Assembly (NCBI GenBank): GCA_965644315.1
Contig: CBFFRQ010000030.1
Span: 310,001 to 374,000 of the forward strand
Source: Caecitellus pseudoparvulus
Taxonomy: Eukaryota > Protista > Bigyra: Bicosoecida
Reading direction: 5' to 3'
Length of the DNA stretch: 64,000 nucleotides
The stretch's first letter is position 1; each line of letters begins with the position of its first letter. A program made the position numbers and the translations under genes. Of the stretch, positions 10,497-21,250 are shown one piece after another. The notes under the pieces were generated by a model, which saw nothing but the letters and a program-made list of their open reading frames with translations, did not search any database and was not told the DNA's origin.

Positions 10497-13352
10497 ATGA
10501 GCTCCAAGTGGGTGGGCGCGAGGCTTGCTTTGCCGCAGCGGCCCAGAAACGTCCGACTGCCTCCTGCCTGTGCCGCAGGACGTATGGAGCCCTGTGGGCC
10601 CAGAGCATGTCTGAGCTGAACGAATTGCTGCACATTGAGAACCCAGAGCTGGACCAGCTGCCAGGGACTAAGCTGCCCGTGCGTGAGGCGGCTCGGCCGA
10701 GGCAGCCAGCGTTTCACTGCCCGTTTCACTGCCGCTGGCGCCCGTTGCTTGGCGCAGGAAGTGAAGGCCAGCCCGCTGCAGAAGTTCCAGCACTTTGCCA
10801 CGCTCTATGTGCAATACCTGCAAGTGTTCCGCAACTTGGAGAAGTGCTACCACTTCACGAAGCACCCGCAGAAACGCAAGGACTTGAAGGAGATCCTGGA
10901 GACGGTCATGGTGCGCGTGCTGCAGCTGCGGCACTCCATCGTGTACTGGAACCCGCCCTTCCCAGACTGCGAGGTGACGACCGCCCCCCAGTTCCCCGTG
11001 CCCTGGCTGTACGTGCAGCTGGACGACCTGCTGCAGGACCTGAAGCTGCAGCCCGAGGCGCTTGACGTGCCCGTGCCGGCGTACTTCCTGGAGGACGACG
11101 CCCGGCGCATTGCGGACCGGGACCTGACGGTGGAGGGGTACATGAAGACGTCCCTGGGCACCGACAAGGTGCTAGTGGAGCTGGAGGGCGTGTTCGAGGA
11201 CCTCACCCCTGCCCTCAGCGTGCAGGATGCCCTGCGAATCCTCATGCGCAACGAGCGAGGGCGGCAGGGCCTGCAGCGCGCCCTGGCCCGCCGCAAGGTG
11301 AAGGAGGAGGACGAAGCCATGAAGCGCCTGGCAGCAGCGGGGGCGGCGGGGGCGGACCTGGGCGCCGGGGAGATGGATGAGGAGACGGCAGCTGCCATGA
11401 TCCAGAAGGTGTTCCGGGGCGCCCTGGCTCGGCGCCGGGCGGTGAAGGCGCGAGATGAGGAGCTGGTGTTCCTGGGCATGAAGCCGGCGCCAGGGGACAG
11501 GCTGGCGGCGCTGGAAGCCGCCATTGACGAGACCACACGCATGGTGAAGGAGGAGCAGGTGGAGCATGCGGCGGCGTACGTGGATGCGTATGGCAGCGTG
11601 CGCGAGCGGCTGCGGGCGGAGGAGGGGCCGGAGGTGCGCGACAAACACACCAAGGCCGTCATGGACTGGTACATGGGGCAGAGGGAAGAAGCCATGAAGG
11701 TGGAGAGCCTGGAGCCGTTCCGGGCCATGCTGGCGGCACAGGCGCCGGAGGAGGCCAAGGCGGAGGAAGCACTGGCTGCGGCGGCAGGGGCGGCGGCGGC
11801 GGCGGCCAAGGGTGGTGGCAAGAAGGACAAGAAGAAGGGCGGCGGCGGCAAGAAGAAGAAGAGCAAGGTGCCGCTGCTGCAGCAGTTCAACGAGGCGGAG
11901 GTGCCGGAGGTGCCGCTGACTGGGCCCACTCCGTGGACGCGGCGCATGGAGCGGCACCTGCGCGAGTATGAGGCAGTGTGGCGGGACCGGCCCGAGGAGC
12001 ACAATCTGGCGCAGAAGCACGAGGACGCCATCATTGCAGCTGAGCTGCGGCCGGAGGTGCATGCGGAGGTGCGGGCAGAGGTGGAGGAGGCGCTGGAGGC
12101 CATGATCGCGAATGTGAACAAGCTGGCCCCAGAGAAGAAGAAGAAGAAGAAGAAGGGCAAGAAGGGCAAGAAAGGAAAGAAGGGCAAGAAGGGCAAGAAA
12201 GGCAAGAAGCTGCCCGGGGAAGCGGGCTGCGCGGGGGTGGACCTGGGGCAGATGATGTCCATCCTCGTGCAGAACAAAATTATCAACACGCGCAAGGAAG
12301 GCGCGCGTGTCTCCGACTTCCTGGGCGAGTTCAACTACCTCGGCTCGGCGTACGTGAACACCAACACGCCGGGGCAGCGCAACGCGGCGGGCGTGTGGCT
12401 GCCCCCCGACCCCTCCGCCTCCCAGCTGCGCTCCCTGGTCAGCGAGCTGATCATCCTGCCACTGGGCAGCGCCCGGGCTCGACAGGAGGTGAACCAGTAC
12501 ATGGTGGACCAGGGCATGGGCCCCCTGCCCAAGTCCTTCCTGCTGTACGGCCCCCACGGAGCGGGCAAGACTGCCATGGTGCAGGCTGTGGCCGCCCAGA
12601 CGGGCGCCATGCTCATCAACCTGTCCGCTGGTAACATCGCCAGCAAGTTCGCGGGGCCGGGGGAGGCCGCCAAGCTGCTGCACATGGCCTTCACCCTGGC
12701 CAAGGACCCGACGCTGGGCCCCGCCGTCATCTACATCGACGAGGTGGAGAAGGTGGTGCCGGACCTGGGCAAGAAGAAGAAGGTGACGGAGGGGCCGGGG
12801 CGCTTCAAGAAGGACTTGCAGGCGTACATCAACTGGCTGGCGCCAGAGGACGCCGTCACCGTCATCTGCGCGACGGCGGAGCCGTGGAAGCTGGACAAGA
12901 AGCTCCTGCACGCGTACTTCCACAGAGGCCTGTACATGCCCGAGCCAGACGCAGGCAGCCGCCTCATCGCCTGGTCCCATGCCTTGGAGACCCGCCTGGC
13001 ATCCGTGGGCGCCTCGCTGCCGCCCTCCTTCGACCTCTCCACCCTCGCCCACATCTCGTCGGGGTACACGGCAGGGTCCATCTTCAAGACTGTGCAGGCG
13101 GTGCTGACTGAGCGGCGCCTGGAGCGCCTGAGCAAGCGCAAGCTGACTGAGTCGGAGTTCGTCACGATGCTGTCTCGCTGCGTGCGGGTGGTGTCCAGCA
13201 CCGCCGCCCAGGACGGCAAGCTGGAGAGCAAGGAGGAGTACCTCAAGTTCCACATGGACTTCAACGGCCTCACGCGTGCTGTGGAGATCAGCTCGGCGCT
13301 GAACCGGGGCGAGGAGCCGGGCAAGAAGGGCAAGAAGGGCAAGAAGAAGTAA
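10497..13352 (+). CDS. IQCA1: IQ and AAA domain protein / dynein regulatory complex 11; introns 10508-10578 and 10679-10757
   Basis: Spliced start MSSKTYGALWAQS; HPQKR motif, IQ motif IQKVFRGALARR, KKGKK tracts, Walker A GPHGAGKT, Walker B VIYIDE. Confidence 0.92.
12135..12209 (+). repeat. Coding microsatellite (AAG)n then (AAGAAGGGC)n encoding a poly-K / KKG tract
   Basis: Seen directly in the sequence; lysine-rich tracts are typical of DRC11/IQCA1. Confidence 0.9.
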
Positions 13353-13479
13353 GGGGGGCAGCAGGCAAGTGCAGGCAATGCATTCTTCGCGAGCCCCAAA
13401 GCAACAGGGCAGTACACACGTAAACAGATGGCGGCAGGTAGGTTCAAGTTCCAGGCGTGGGAGCAGGCGGGCGGGCGGC

Positions 13480-15268
13480 TCAGCCCTGCCACCGCACATG
13501 TGGCTGCAGGGACTGCGCCATGCCCTGCACCGCAGCAGCCAGAGCGGGGCCCTGCAAGGCATCCGCACTGACGGGGCGTGGGGAGCTCCAGCCATCCCCC
13601 TCCCCCACCTCTGACGTCAGGGCGTACAGGCTGTTGCTGCTGGTGCCTCGCCGCAGGGGCAGCGCCGGCAAGGCGTCACGCCCCCCCCAGCCCGGCCCTG
13701 GAGAGGCGCTTGTGGTGGGGAGGGCGGGCGCGTGCAGCGGCAGGCCCGGCAGCAGTGGGGCCAGCTGGGGTGCAGCTGGCCGGGGCGGACGGGCGGGGTC
13801 CGGGGCAGGCGCAGCCAAGTCCACATCCTCATCCTCCTCCTCCGCATCCCCCTCCGCCCAGCCGGGCTGGTCGCCTGGCACGAAGGGGGAGGGTGCCGCA
13901 CTGAGCGTGGGGCTGTCGGCCTCGCCGCCCCCCAGCGCCTCACTCATCTCTGCCGACGTCCGGGAGCTGCGTGCGACGCTGGCGCTCTCGAAGGGGGGCA
14001 CGTCAGCGGCCACGGGGGGCAGGACGGCAGGCAGCGGCACGCCCGAGGGCGGCAGAGGCGACGCCGTGGCGGCGGCAGAGGCGACAGCACCCTGGCCTGC
14101 CACGCCACGGGTCTGCTCTGCAGCGGTCACCTCGGTCTGCGCGTCGTGGGTCACTCGTCGGGCCGCCCCTGCCACGGCCCAATCAGGCACCGGCCGGACA
14201 TTGGCTTGGGGAATGACGCCGCGAGACACGAGCTCTGCTTCGTATGCGGCGAGCTGGCGCAGGAAGCCAATGTTGGGCATGATGACGGGGCGGCGTGCTC
14301 GCAAGAGCTCCAAACACGATGCCAGTGCGTGCCCTTGGGACATGAGAAACGCAGCGATGAGCGTTGCCGACCTGCTCTTGCCTGCGAAGCAGTGCACCAG
14401 CACCGAGCCCCCTGCGGCCAGCGCTGAGGCAATCCAGGCCGAACTCTCTTCGAAGTGTGCCCTGATGTCTTGTGTGGGGGCGTCCAGAAGGGGCACCGTC
14501 TTGCTTTCAACCGCCGGAGCTGGCGGCTTCAACGACGCTGCTGCCGTCAAAACATGCGTCACCCGGACGGGGCACGTGCCCTCCCGCACAGCCACCGCAG
14601 CGCCAATAGAGCCAATGTATAGATCTGCAGGACAAAGCAGGTGCAGGGGTGTGTTGGACTGCAGCAGGTGCGCGGAGGGGTGACGCTGGCGCGCTTCCTG
14701 TGCGCTGGCGTTGAAACCGCACAGGTGCAGTGCACTTGCCAGGCACAGGCAGTGCTGCAAAGCACGACGAGGAGCACCCGAGCACTTTGACGCCGAACAG
14801 GTGGCAGGTGAGCCCACACTCGGGGAGCAGTGGGACATTGCTCAGACAGGGCGCAGCCCACCCTGCCACGCCGAGGAGCAACACATGCCGCAAAAAGGCT
14901 TGGGAGGTGCAGTGCACATGTTTCGACGGCAGGGACGGAAGGGCTCAGTCGAAGCTGATGTGCCCAGCTCCCACACGGGCACAGCGCCAGACACACACAT
15001 CCACGCACTTGGGATGATCTCCGCGGGCACTGCATCATCTTTGGCGAACCTGGACACCAAAATGCCTGCGGTGATGGCAGCATGAGGAAGTGCAGTGCAC
15101 ATGGCCTTCCGCGCACACGTGTAAGGAAAGGGTGCGTGGCGAGGGTATCGAAACAGGGCACCCACACTTGAGGAGGAGGAACATGATCTCGCTGCGCTCC
15201 TTGGACTTGACATGGAACAGGTCCAGCCACTTCCCTGCACGCTGCGCGACGGTTGACTTGCCCTCCAT
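13480..15268 (-). CDS. Dual-specificity protein phosphatase with low-complexity C-terminal tail, spliced
   Basis: Spliced PAEIIP|NLYIGSIGAA (intron 14625-15008), catalytic VHCFAGKSRS, IMPNIGFLRQL. Confidence 0.88.
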
Positions 15269-15520
15269 GCTCCGAGGATGTCTGAAGTTCCTACAGAGCA
15301 GTGGCAGCCCAGGGCTGCGGCTCCTTACAAGCCCGCAATGGGCTGGTGGGACAGAAGATACATGAAAAGGAAGTGTGGCACAGCACCAAGCGGCAGTTCG
15401 GGAGGGCGTTGGAGTGTAGTGCAGTCTGCACTATTGCTGCGTGCGCGGAAATTGGCCGCCACACCCCCCTTCGTCCGTGCCGTGACAAGGTGCATTCCGA
15501 GCGCAGCGAAGGCGAGGCGC

Positions 15521-16366
15521 TCATGAGTGGTGCTTGTGGGACTTCTTCTTGCCCTTGCTGCGCCCCTTGTAGGAGGAACTGCCGGACTTGGAGGCCTTGC
15601 CTGTGGACGCAGTGGCCGACACGGCAGCGCCAGAGTCCTGGGACCACATGAACAGAGCAATGGCTGTGCCCACGACAGCAAAGACGAAGACGATGTTCTC
15701 CGTTGCCTGGCTCGTGCTTTCCCAGTCCATCTCACCCGACTCGTACATCTCCACAGTCTGGTTGTAGAAGGTGATGGGGGCAGCGTTGCGCCCGTTGCCG
15801 ACGGTGTAGAAGATGTGGAACATCATCTGGAAGCTTTGGGCGGGCGTGCCGGGAGGCATGCGGAAGCGGTACGCGTAGGACACTTCCGAGTCACCCGCGA
15901 TGGTCTCATTCACTGGGATGCCCGTGAAGTTCATAACAACGTTGCCCTCCACCGGGTCGTTCAGCGTGCCAAACATGCCGGTCACGTTCAGCACCTCGTC
16001 CCCATCGTTCACAAGGGTGCACACAACTGCCATGTCCTTGTTGATGGCGATGCGGCCCTGAGGGGCTCCCACCAGGTGGGACGTCGCAAACACCACGGGG
16101 CCAGAGGGAGTGCCAAACTGCGCGAACTCGCTGGCAGCGCCGTACATGTCCTCCTCCTCCTCCTCCATGTCAGCGAACAGGTCCCCCATGTCATCCGCGG
16201 CACCTGCATCATCCACTTCGACTTCTACGTCGGCCAATGCACCTGTAAGTGGCCACGTTCACGGGTGCGGCAGGGCAGCTTGGCGGTACTGCTGCGGTCT
16301 TTGTGCCTCACCAGCTGCCAGCACGCCAAGTGCCAGCAGCACCAGCAGGCGCTGCTGAGTCATCAT
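15521..16366 (-). CDS. SSR1: Translocon-associated protein alpha (TRAP-alpha); intron 16243-16311
   Basis: Signal peptide MMTQQRLLVLLALGVLAAG, acidic N-terminus, lumenal beta domain with FYNQTV, one TM, basic tail. Confidence 0.75.
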
Positions 16367-16686
16367 ACTTGGTGCACAGGTGCGTTTGCGATCACAGTCC
16401 CAAACACTGCGGCGAGGGAGGAGCGCTGGGTGTGCCCCGCATGCAGCTGTTGGCGAGGTGTCGGTGCAGTGGCACTCGACACGTGTGGTGCAGGCGCTGG
16501 GCTCACCTGCTCAAGGCGAAAGTGGGGCTGCCCTGCTGTGCGGGCTCATACTGACTGGCAGGGTGTGCGTGGAAGGTGGGTTATTTGAGAGTGGAGGGCA
16601 GATGGCAGTGCCAGCCTGAGCGGGTGCATTTCAGCCGCAAGAAGCGGGGAAGCGCACTCACGCGCCCGGGAGCTGCAGTAGCCAGC

Positions 16687-18212
16687 TTACTCGTCGTCGC
16701 CACCGACGACCGCCAGGAGCTCCTGCACGCGAGAAGCCATGGCAGCCTTCTTGTCGGACTGGTACTTCTCCCAGCGTGCGGCGACCTTGGCGCGGCGCTC
16801 GTCACCGGAGATCTTCTTGGTCTTCTTGGTCTTGGCCTTGAGCTCAGCAGAGACGGTGAAGGGCTTCTTGGGGGCAGCCACGGGGTCCGCGCGGATGGCG
16901 GCGTGCACCTCGGCGAGCTTGGTGGGGTAGGTCTCCTCAGTCAGGCCGGCAGCGGCGTACTTGGAGAACTGCTGCTGGTTGCGGGCGGCGACACCCTCAC
17001 CCTCAGCCAGAGCACCGTCAGCGACAGCGGTGATCCACTCGCCCAGGGTCTCACCCATGATGCGGCGGCGGTGCTCCTCAGGCTCCCAGCGCTCATCCTC
17101 CTCCTCGGCCTTGCGGTCGTAGCCGGGGAAGTTCTTCACGTTGTGGGGCACATCCAGGCCACCGTCAACGGCACCCTTCAGGGCGCCGAAGACGCGGTTG
17201 CCCACGGTGGTGGCGCGCACACCCACATCCAGGTAGGCACGGAAGGGACGGCGCACGTGGTCGTCGTCATCCAGGCGGTCCATCTCGGTGTAGTAGTCGT
17301 CCTCGGCGACCCAGTAGGTGTTCTTCTTGCGCTGGCCGGCGTGCTCAGCCTCGTCAGCCTCGAACGTGACGATGTCGCCGGTCACCTCCATGTTGCCCTT
17401 GTACGCCTCACCCAGGTGTCCCTCGCGCTGCTTGCCACCGGCCTCGGTGACAGTCTGCTTCAGGCTGGTCAGCAGGCGGCGGGCCAGCAGCAGACCAGTG
17501 CAGTAGGCAGCGGAGTAGTTCTTCAGGCCGACGGTCAGGCCGTAGCGGGGCAGCTCCGAGGAGTAGGCGGCAGCCACGGTGACATCGCCGTTGACACCAG
17601 TGCGCACAATCTGGGTGATGACGTAGCGGTTGGTGATGCGCACGACCAGGCGGTGCTTGGGGGTCTGGTACTTGTTCTTGTCCTGGACCACCAGCTTGTG
17701 GCGCTGGGCGTAGTCAGTCTTGCCCTCTGCGCACGTCAGCACAAAAGGGTGCATGCATCACTTGACAAATGTAGATATCAATCACAAACCGGTAAATGAG
17801 GGCGGCCGCGTGCAGCGGAGGGCGACAAAAGAGCGTGCGCACGACGCAAGCGTGTGGCTGCTGCACAATTCCGCCGCTCACGCCGGTGCGCATCGGGCAG
17901 CTGCAACGCCGCGCCCGCTACGTGCTTGCAAGCCAGTGTCAGCACAAGAACAAGCAACTGGGCCAGCTGGCTCTGGCACCATGCACACACGGCCACATGC
18001 GGCGCAACAGCAAGTGCAGCAGGCGTGCTGCAGCGGCTCAAGACACGTACCACGGCGGCGGCGGAACTTGGTCTGGAACCGCTTGAAGTAAGACTTCGTC
18101 TTGGTGATCTTGATGTAAGGCTGTGCAAGGATGGCCGAGTGGGTGAGGCGACGGCAAGGGGCGCAGTGGATGCTCGGAAGTGCCCTGCGGAAAAAGCGCT
18201 GGCACGCACCAT
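16687..18212 (-). CDS. RPL5: 60S ribosomal protein L5 (uL18); ATG-only exon 1, introns 18121-18209 and 17727-18050
   Basis: KTKSYFKRFQTKFRRRR|EGKTDY, QDKNKY, NYSAAYCTGLLLARR, GNRVFGALKGAVDGGL; strong GC3 codon bias. Confidence 0.97.
17733..17790 (-). ncRNA. Candidate intronic box C/D snoRNA in RPL5 intron 2
   Basis: AT-rich island: C-like GTGATTGA, guide TATCTACATT, C'-like GTGATGC, guide ACCCTTTTGT, then CTGA. The guides look antisense to conserved LSU rRNA segments (from recall, unverified). Confidence 0.4.
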
Positions 18213-18370
18213 GGCTGATGCTGTTGTTGGAGAACGCGTCGCCTGGGCGAGGGGTGACACAACACTCGGAGGCTAAATTATAGGGGTCTGAAAAAGTGAC
18301 GCTCTCACGCGGACTGCGCCGCCTCCTCTGCCACAGGGTGAGAGGGGGTGTGCACTGTTCCGCTGCCCCC

Positions 18371-20986
18371 TCAGGGCCTGCTGCGCCCCCGGCCTCGCCC
18401 GCGCCCGCGCCCACGCCCGCGAGTCGCTCGCGCAGAAACTGAGCGCCCATATGCCCCGAGCTGGCGTTTGAACATCTTCTCTTGCTTGGCTGCCCGAGCA
18501 GCCTCGGCACCCCGTGCAGCCTCTGCCTCGGCCAACTCCTCCTTGGACATCTTGGCCGCCTCGGCCCGCATGGCAGCCTGGCGTTGCTCCTCCTCGCGCT
18601 TTTGTTTCGCCTTGAGCATACGAAAGAATTGTTTCGAGCGGTCCTCCGCAGTCCCAGCGGTGGTGTGCCACTCCATGTCCAGCACGGCAGCATCCATCAC
18701 AGCCATGCTTGCTCGGGGTCGCCGCGGGGGTCGCGGGCCTGAATCTGGGATAGGGGCAGCGGGCGCCTCCGGGAGCTGTGGAGCTGCAAGGCTCTCTTGA
18801 TGGGCAGCCAGCAGCTCTTCTTGTGCTTCAAGGTGTACCTCATCGACCTGGCCCCGGCACTGCTGCTGGCTGAGGGCCGGGGAGCGCAGGTGAGCAGCAT
18901 CTCCCCCCCCCTGCCCGGCAGCTGCGGCGCCCCGAGCGCCTGACTCTGCGGGGGGAAACGCCCCTGTCCCATCTGGAGGAGGGGGGTCCACATGTGAGAG
19001 GCTCTCCATGGCTTGGCGTGCTTTGCGCAGGGATTCCGCGGCGGCGTCCAGCTTCCCCAGCTTGCGCTGCACGATGGCCAGCAGCAACAGGGCCTGATCC
19101 CCAGCTTCAGTGCACTCCGCCGCACGACGGTAGCACTTCTCTGCAGCCCTCAGGAGAGAGAGGTCCACCCCATCTGCTGAATGCGGGAAGTCCATCGTGG
19201 CTACTTCCTTGGGGACTGCGGCTTGCCACTGGCGCTCACGAAGCTTACCCACGCCGATGAACACGCGGGGGTTGGACGGAAAAGCCCCTTGGAGAGTCAA
19301 AAATTGAGCAGAAGCGAGAACAAACTCCCCTGCTACGGTCAGCCCGTGAGCATACTGCAGCCGGTACGCGAGGGCGCCAGGGCACAGGTGTGTGAGTGCT
19401 TTCAGGTGCTTCAGAGCAGCTGCAGCGTCGCCTGGCCCTCGCCGACTTTGAAGTGCTGCCGCTGCGTTAGCATGCGCGATCTCCACACCCCCATCAACAT
19501 CAGCCGCGGCCACGTACTGCTTGATGGCTGCGTCGAGGTTTCCCTTCCGCTCGTACACCAGGCCCAAGTTGACGTACGCCCAAACGGCGTCGGGGTTGTG
19601 CTTGACTGCCGATGCAAAATGCTGCACGGCTGCATCAGCGTCTCCAGAACCCAGCGCAACCTCGCCCAAGAGTGTGTGGGCATCGGCGTTGAAAGGGTCG
19701 ACGTCCAGCACCCGCTTAACAGCTGACATGCACTCGACGTCCCGCTCACCGACATGCAGAAGGTGTGCCAGCTTCAGAATAACCTTGGTGTTGCGGCCTT
19801 CTGCTGCGAAGTCTGCATCGTGCAGAGCGGCCATGGCCGCTTCTGTGTCCCCCTTGGCTTCCAGCAAAGCCGCCAGCTCGGTGTTGCCCAGGACTGAAGC
19901 AGGCACATTGCTCACAGCCTCCTTCAGCACCTCGATGGCTTCATCCGACTTTCCTTGCCGAGAGAGAGTGATCCCCAACAAGATCCCAGCATGGGGCGCA
20001 GCACCTGCCTCGAACGCTTCACGCATCGCGGACACCAGACCTGCAGCACCACTGCGCCGAACGTGCGCGAGCTGCTGCAAGCCGCAGTACCAGAACTCCA
20101 CGTCTCGGAGGCTGTTGCACAAGAGGTTCAACTGCCGGGAATCCTCAGAGGCGTAAACAGTGATGGCAAGGCGCTGCATGTGTTGTGGGGAGCTGTCCGC
20201 CCCTCCCCCTGCGCCACTTCCTTGCACCTTCGCTGCCGCAGCACGCTTCAACAGCGACAGCCACATGCCTTTCTCGGCCAAGTTGGCAGCTTCCAGCAGC
20301 CTGGTGCCACTTGCTGACGCAGACGGGTACTGGATCTCGAAGGCCAATCCACCAGTGTCTACGACTTTGGCACCCGAGAGGGGCAGGGTGCCTTTCAGCT
20401 CCCCTTTGTCCGGTGACTTGAAGTACTGCAGGACATTGCCGCTCAGAACAAACCAACGCCGATTCCACTGCATCAGCGACATGCTGCTGGGCTTCTTGAG
20501 CAACCAGCCGCTCACCATTTCGTCCCCCAGGGAGGCAGCTTCGGAGCGCAGAGACATGGCCTCCTTTCTGAACCCTTCACTCGCGCAGAACTTCTGCCAA
20601 GAATCGTCACGGGTCATCCCAGCAATGACTGCCGCAATGGCATCCACGTCCAAAAAGTGGCTGCTGGCTGTGCTCTTCGAAGGAATCCAGACGACGGTGC
20701 GGTCATCTGGGGCCAGTTGAAAGTGCCGCTGCAGTACAGGGTGGGCATGGGCTGGCGTGCAGCGCGTCGCGCTCCAGTGCTTCAGGGTGACCTCACCTTC
20801 ATAGGTTTGCCTTTTGATCCAATTTTCACCAAGGGTCCACCTGTTGGGGCGCCACAGGAAATGCAAGGGCCGTGGCGCTTGTGACTCCATCGCTTCAATT
20901 CCGCACACCTTACCTGTACGCATGGCACGCAACACTTCCGGGAGGGGCAGCGCCGCAGCCCAATCATCATCTGCCTCTGCAGCCAT
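18371..20986 (-). CDS. Double-PH (nested) plus TPR repeat protein with basic coiled-coil tail
   Basis: Canonical PH (SGWLLKK..WNRRWFVL..LQYFK..KGMWLSLL) flanked by halves of a PLC-type PH; TPRs such as DAHTLLG and AYVNLGLVYERKG. Confidence 0.8.
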   Translation of the reverse strand: MAAEADDDWAAALPLPEVLRAMRTGKVCGIEAMESQAPRPLHFLWRPNRWTLGENWIKRQTYEGEVTLKHWSATRCTPAHAHPVLQRHFQLAPDDRTVVWIPSKSTASSHFLDVDAIAAVIAGMTRDDSWQKFCASEGFRKEAMSLRSEAASLGDEMVSGWLLKKPSSMSLMQWNRRWFVLSGNVLQYFKSPDKGELKGTLPLSGAKVVDTGGLAFEIQYPSASASGTRLLEAANLAEKGMWLSLLKRAAAAKVQGSGAGGGADSSPQHMQRLAITVYASEDSRQLNLLCNSLRDVEFWYCGLQQLAHVRRSGAAGLVSAMREAFEAGAAPHAGILLGITLSRQGKSDEAIEVLKEAVSNVPASVLGNTELAALLEAKGDTEAAMAALHDADFAAEGRNTKVILKLAHLLHVGERDVECMSAVKRVLDVDPFNADAHTLLGEVALGSGDADAAVQHFASAVKHNPDAVWAYVNLGLVYERKGNLDAAIKQYVAAADVDGGVEIAHANAAAALQSRRGPGDAAAALKHLKALTHLCPGALAYRLQYAHGLTVAGEFVLASAQFLTLQGAFPSNPRVFIGVGKLRERQWQAAVPKEVATMDFPHSADGVDLSLLRAAEKCYRRAAECTEAGDQALLLLAIVQRKLGKLDAAAESLRKARQAMESLSHVDPPPPDGTGAFPPAESGARGAAAAGQGGGDAAHLRSPALSQQQCRGQVDEVHLEAQEELLAAHQESLAAPQLPEAPAAPIPDSGPRPPRRPRASMAVMDAAVLDMEWHTTAGTAEDRSKQFFRMLKAKQKREEEQRQAAMRAEAAKMSKEELAEAEAARGAEAARAAKQEKMFKRQLGAYGRSVSARATRGRGRGRGRGRGRSRP

Positions 20987-21250
20987 GATACCGCGCCCCC
21001 TTTCAAGTTCTTCAAGGGAGACAAGGTTCCGGCGGCCGCAGATGAAAACGGTGCACTGTACTGAAGCTGGCTGGACTTCCTGCCTGCCACGCCAGGAAAG
21101 CAAGCTACCCAGCCCTGACTGGTCGCCTGCTCGGCACTACGTTGATGGCGCATCAACTTTCACCAAAGTCGTGCCTGTGCCTTGGCTCCTTCGAAAATGC
21201 GTTTTGTCCTGACTGTCCACGCACACCATCTGAGCCCGCGTTGGGAAGGG

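Noticed and set aside
14690-14790. TPP-riboswitch resemblance on the minus strand (CTCGGGTGC ... CACCTG..GCCAGCG..AGGAAG)
   Set aside because: It lacks the invariant CUGAGA and UAAU elements, and the host gene is unrelated to thiamine.
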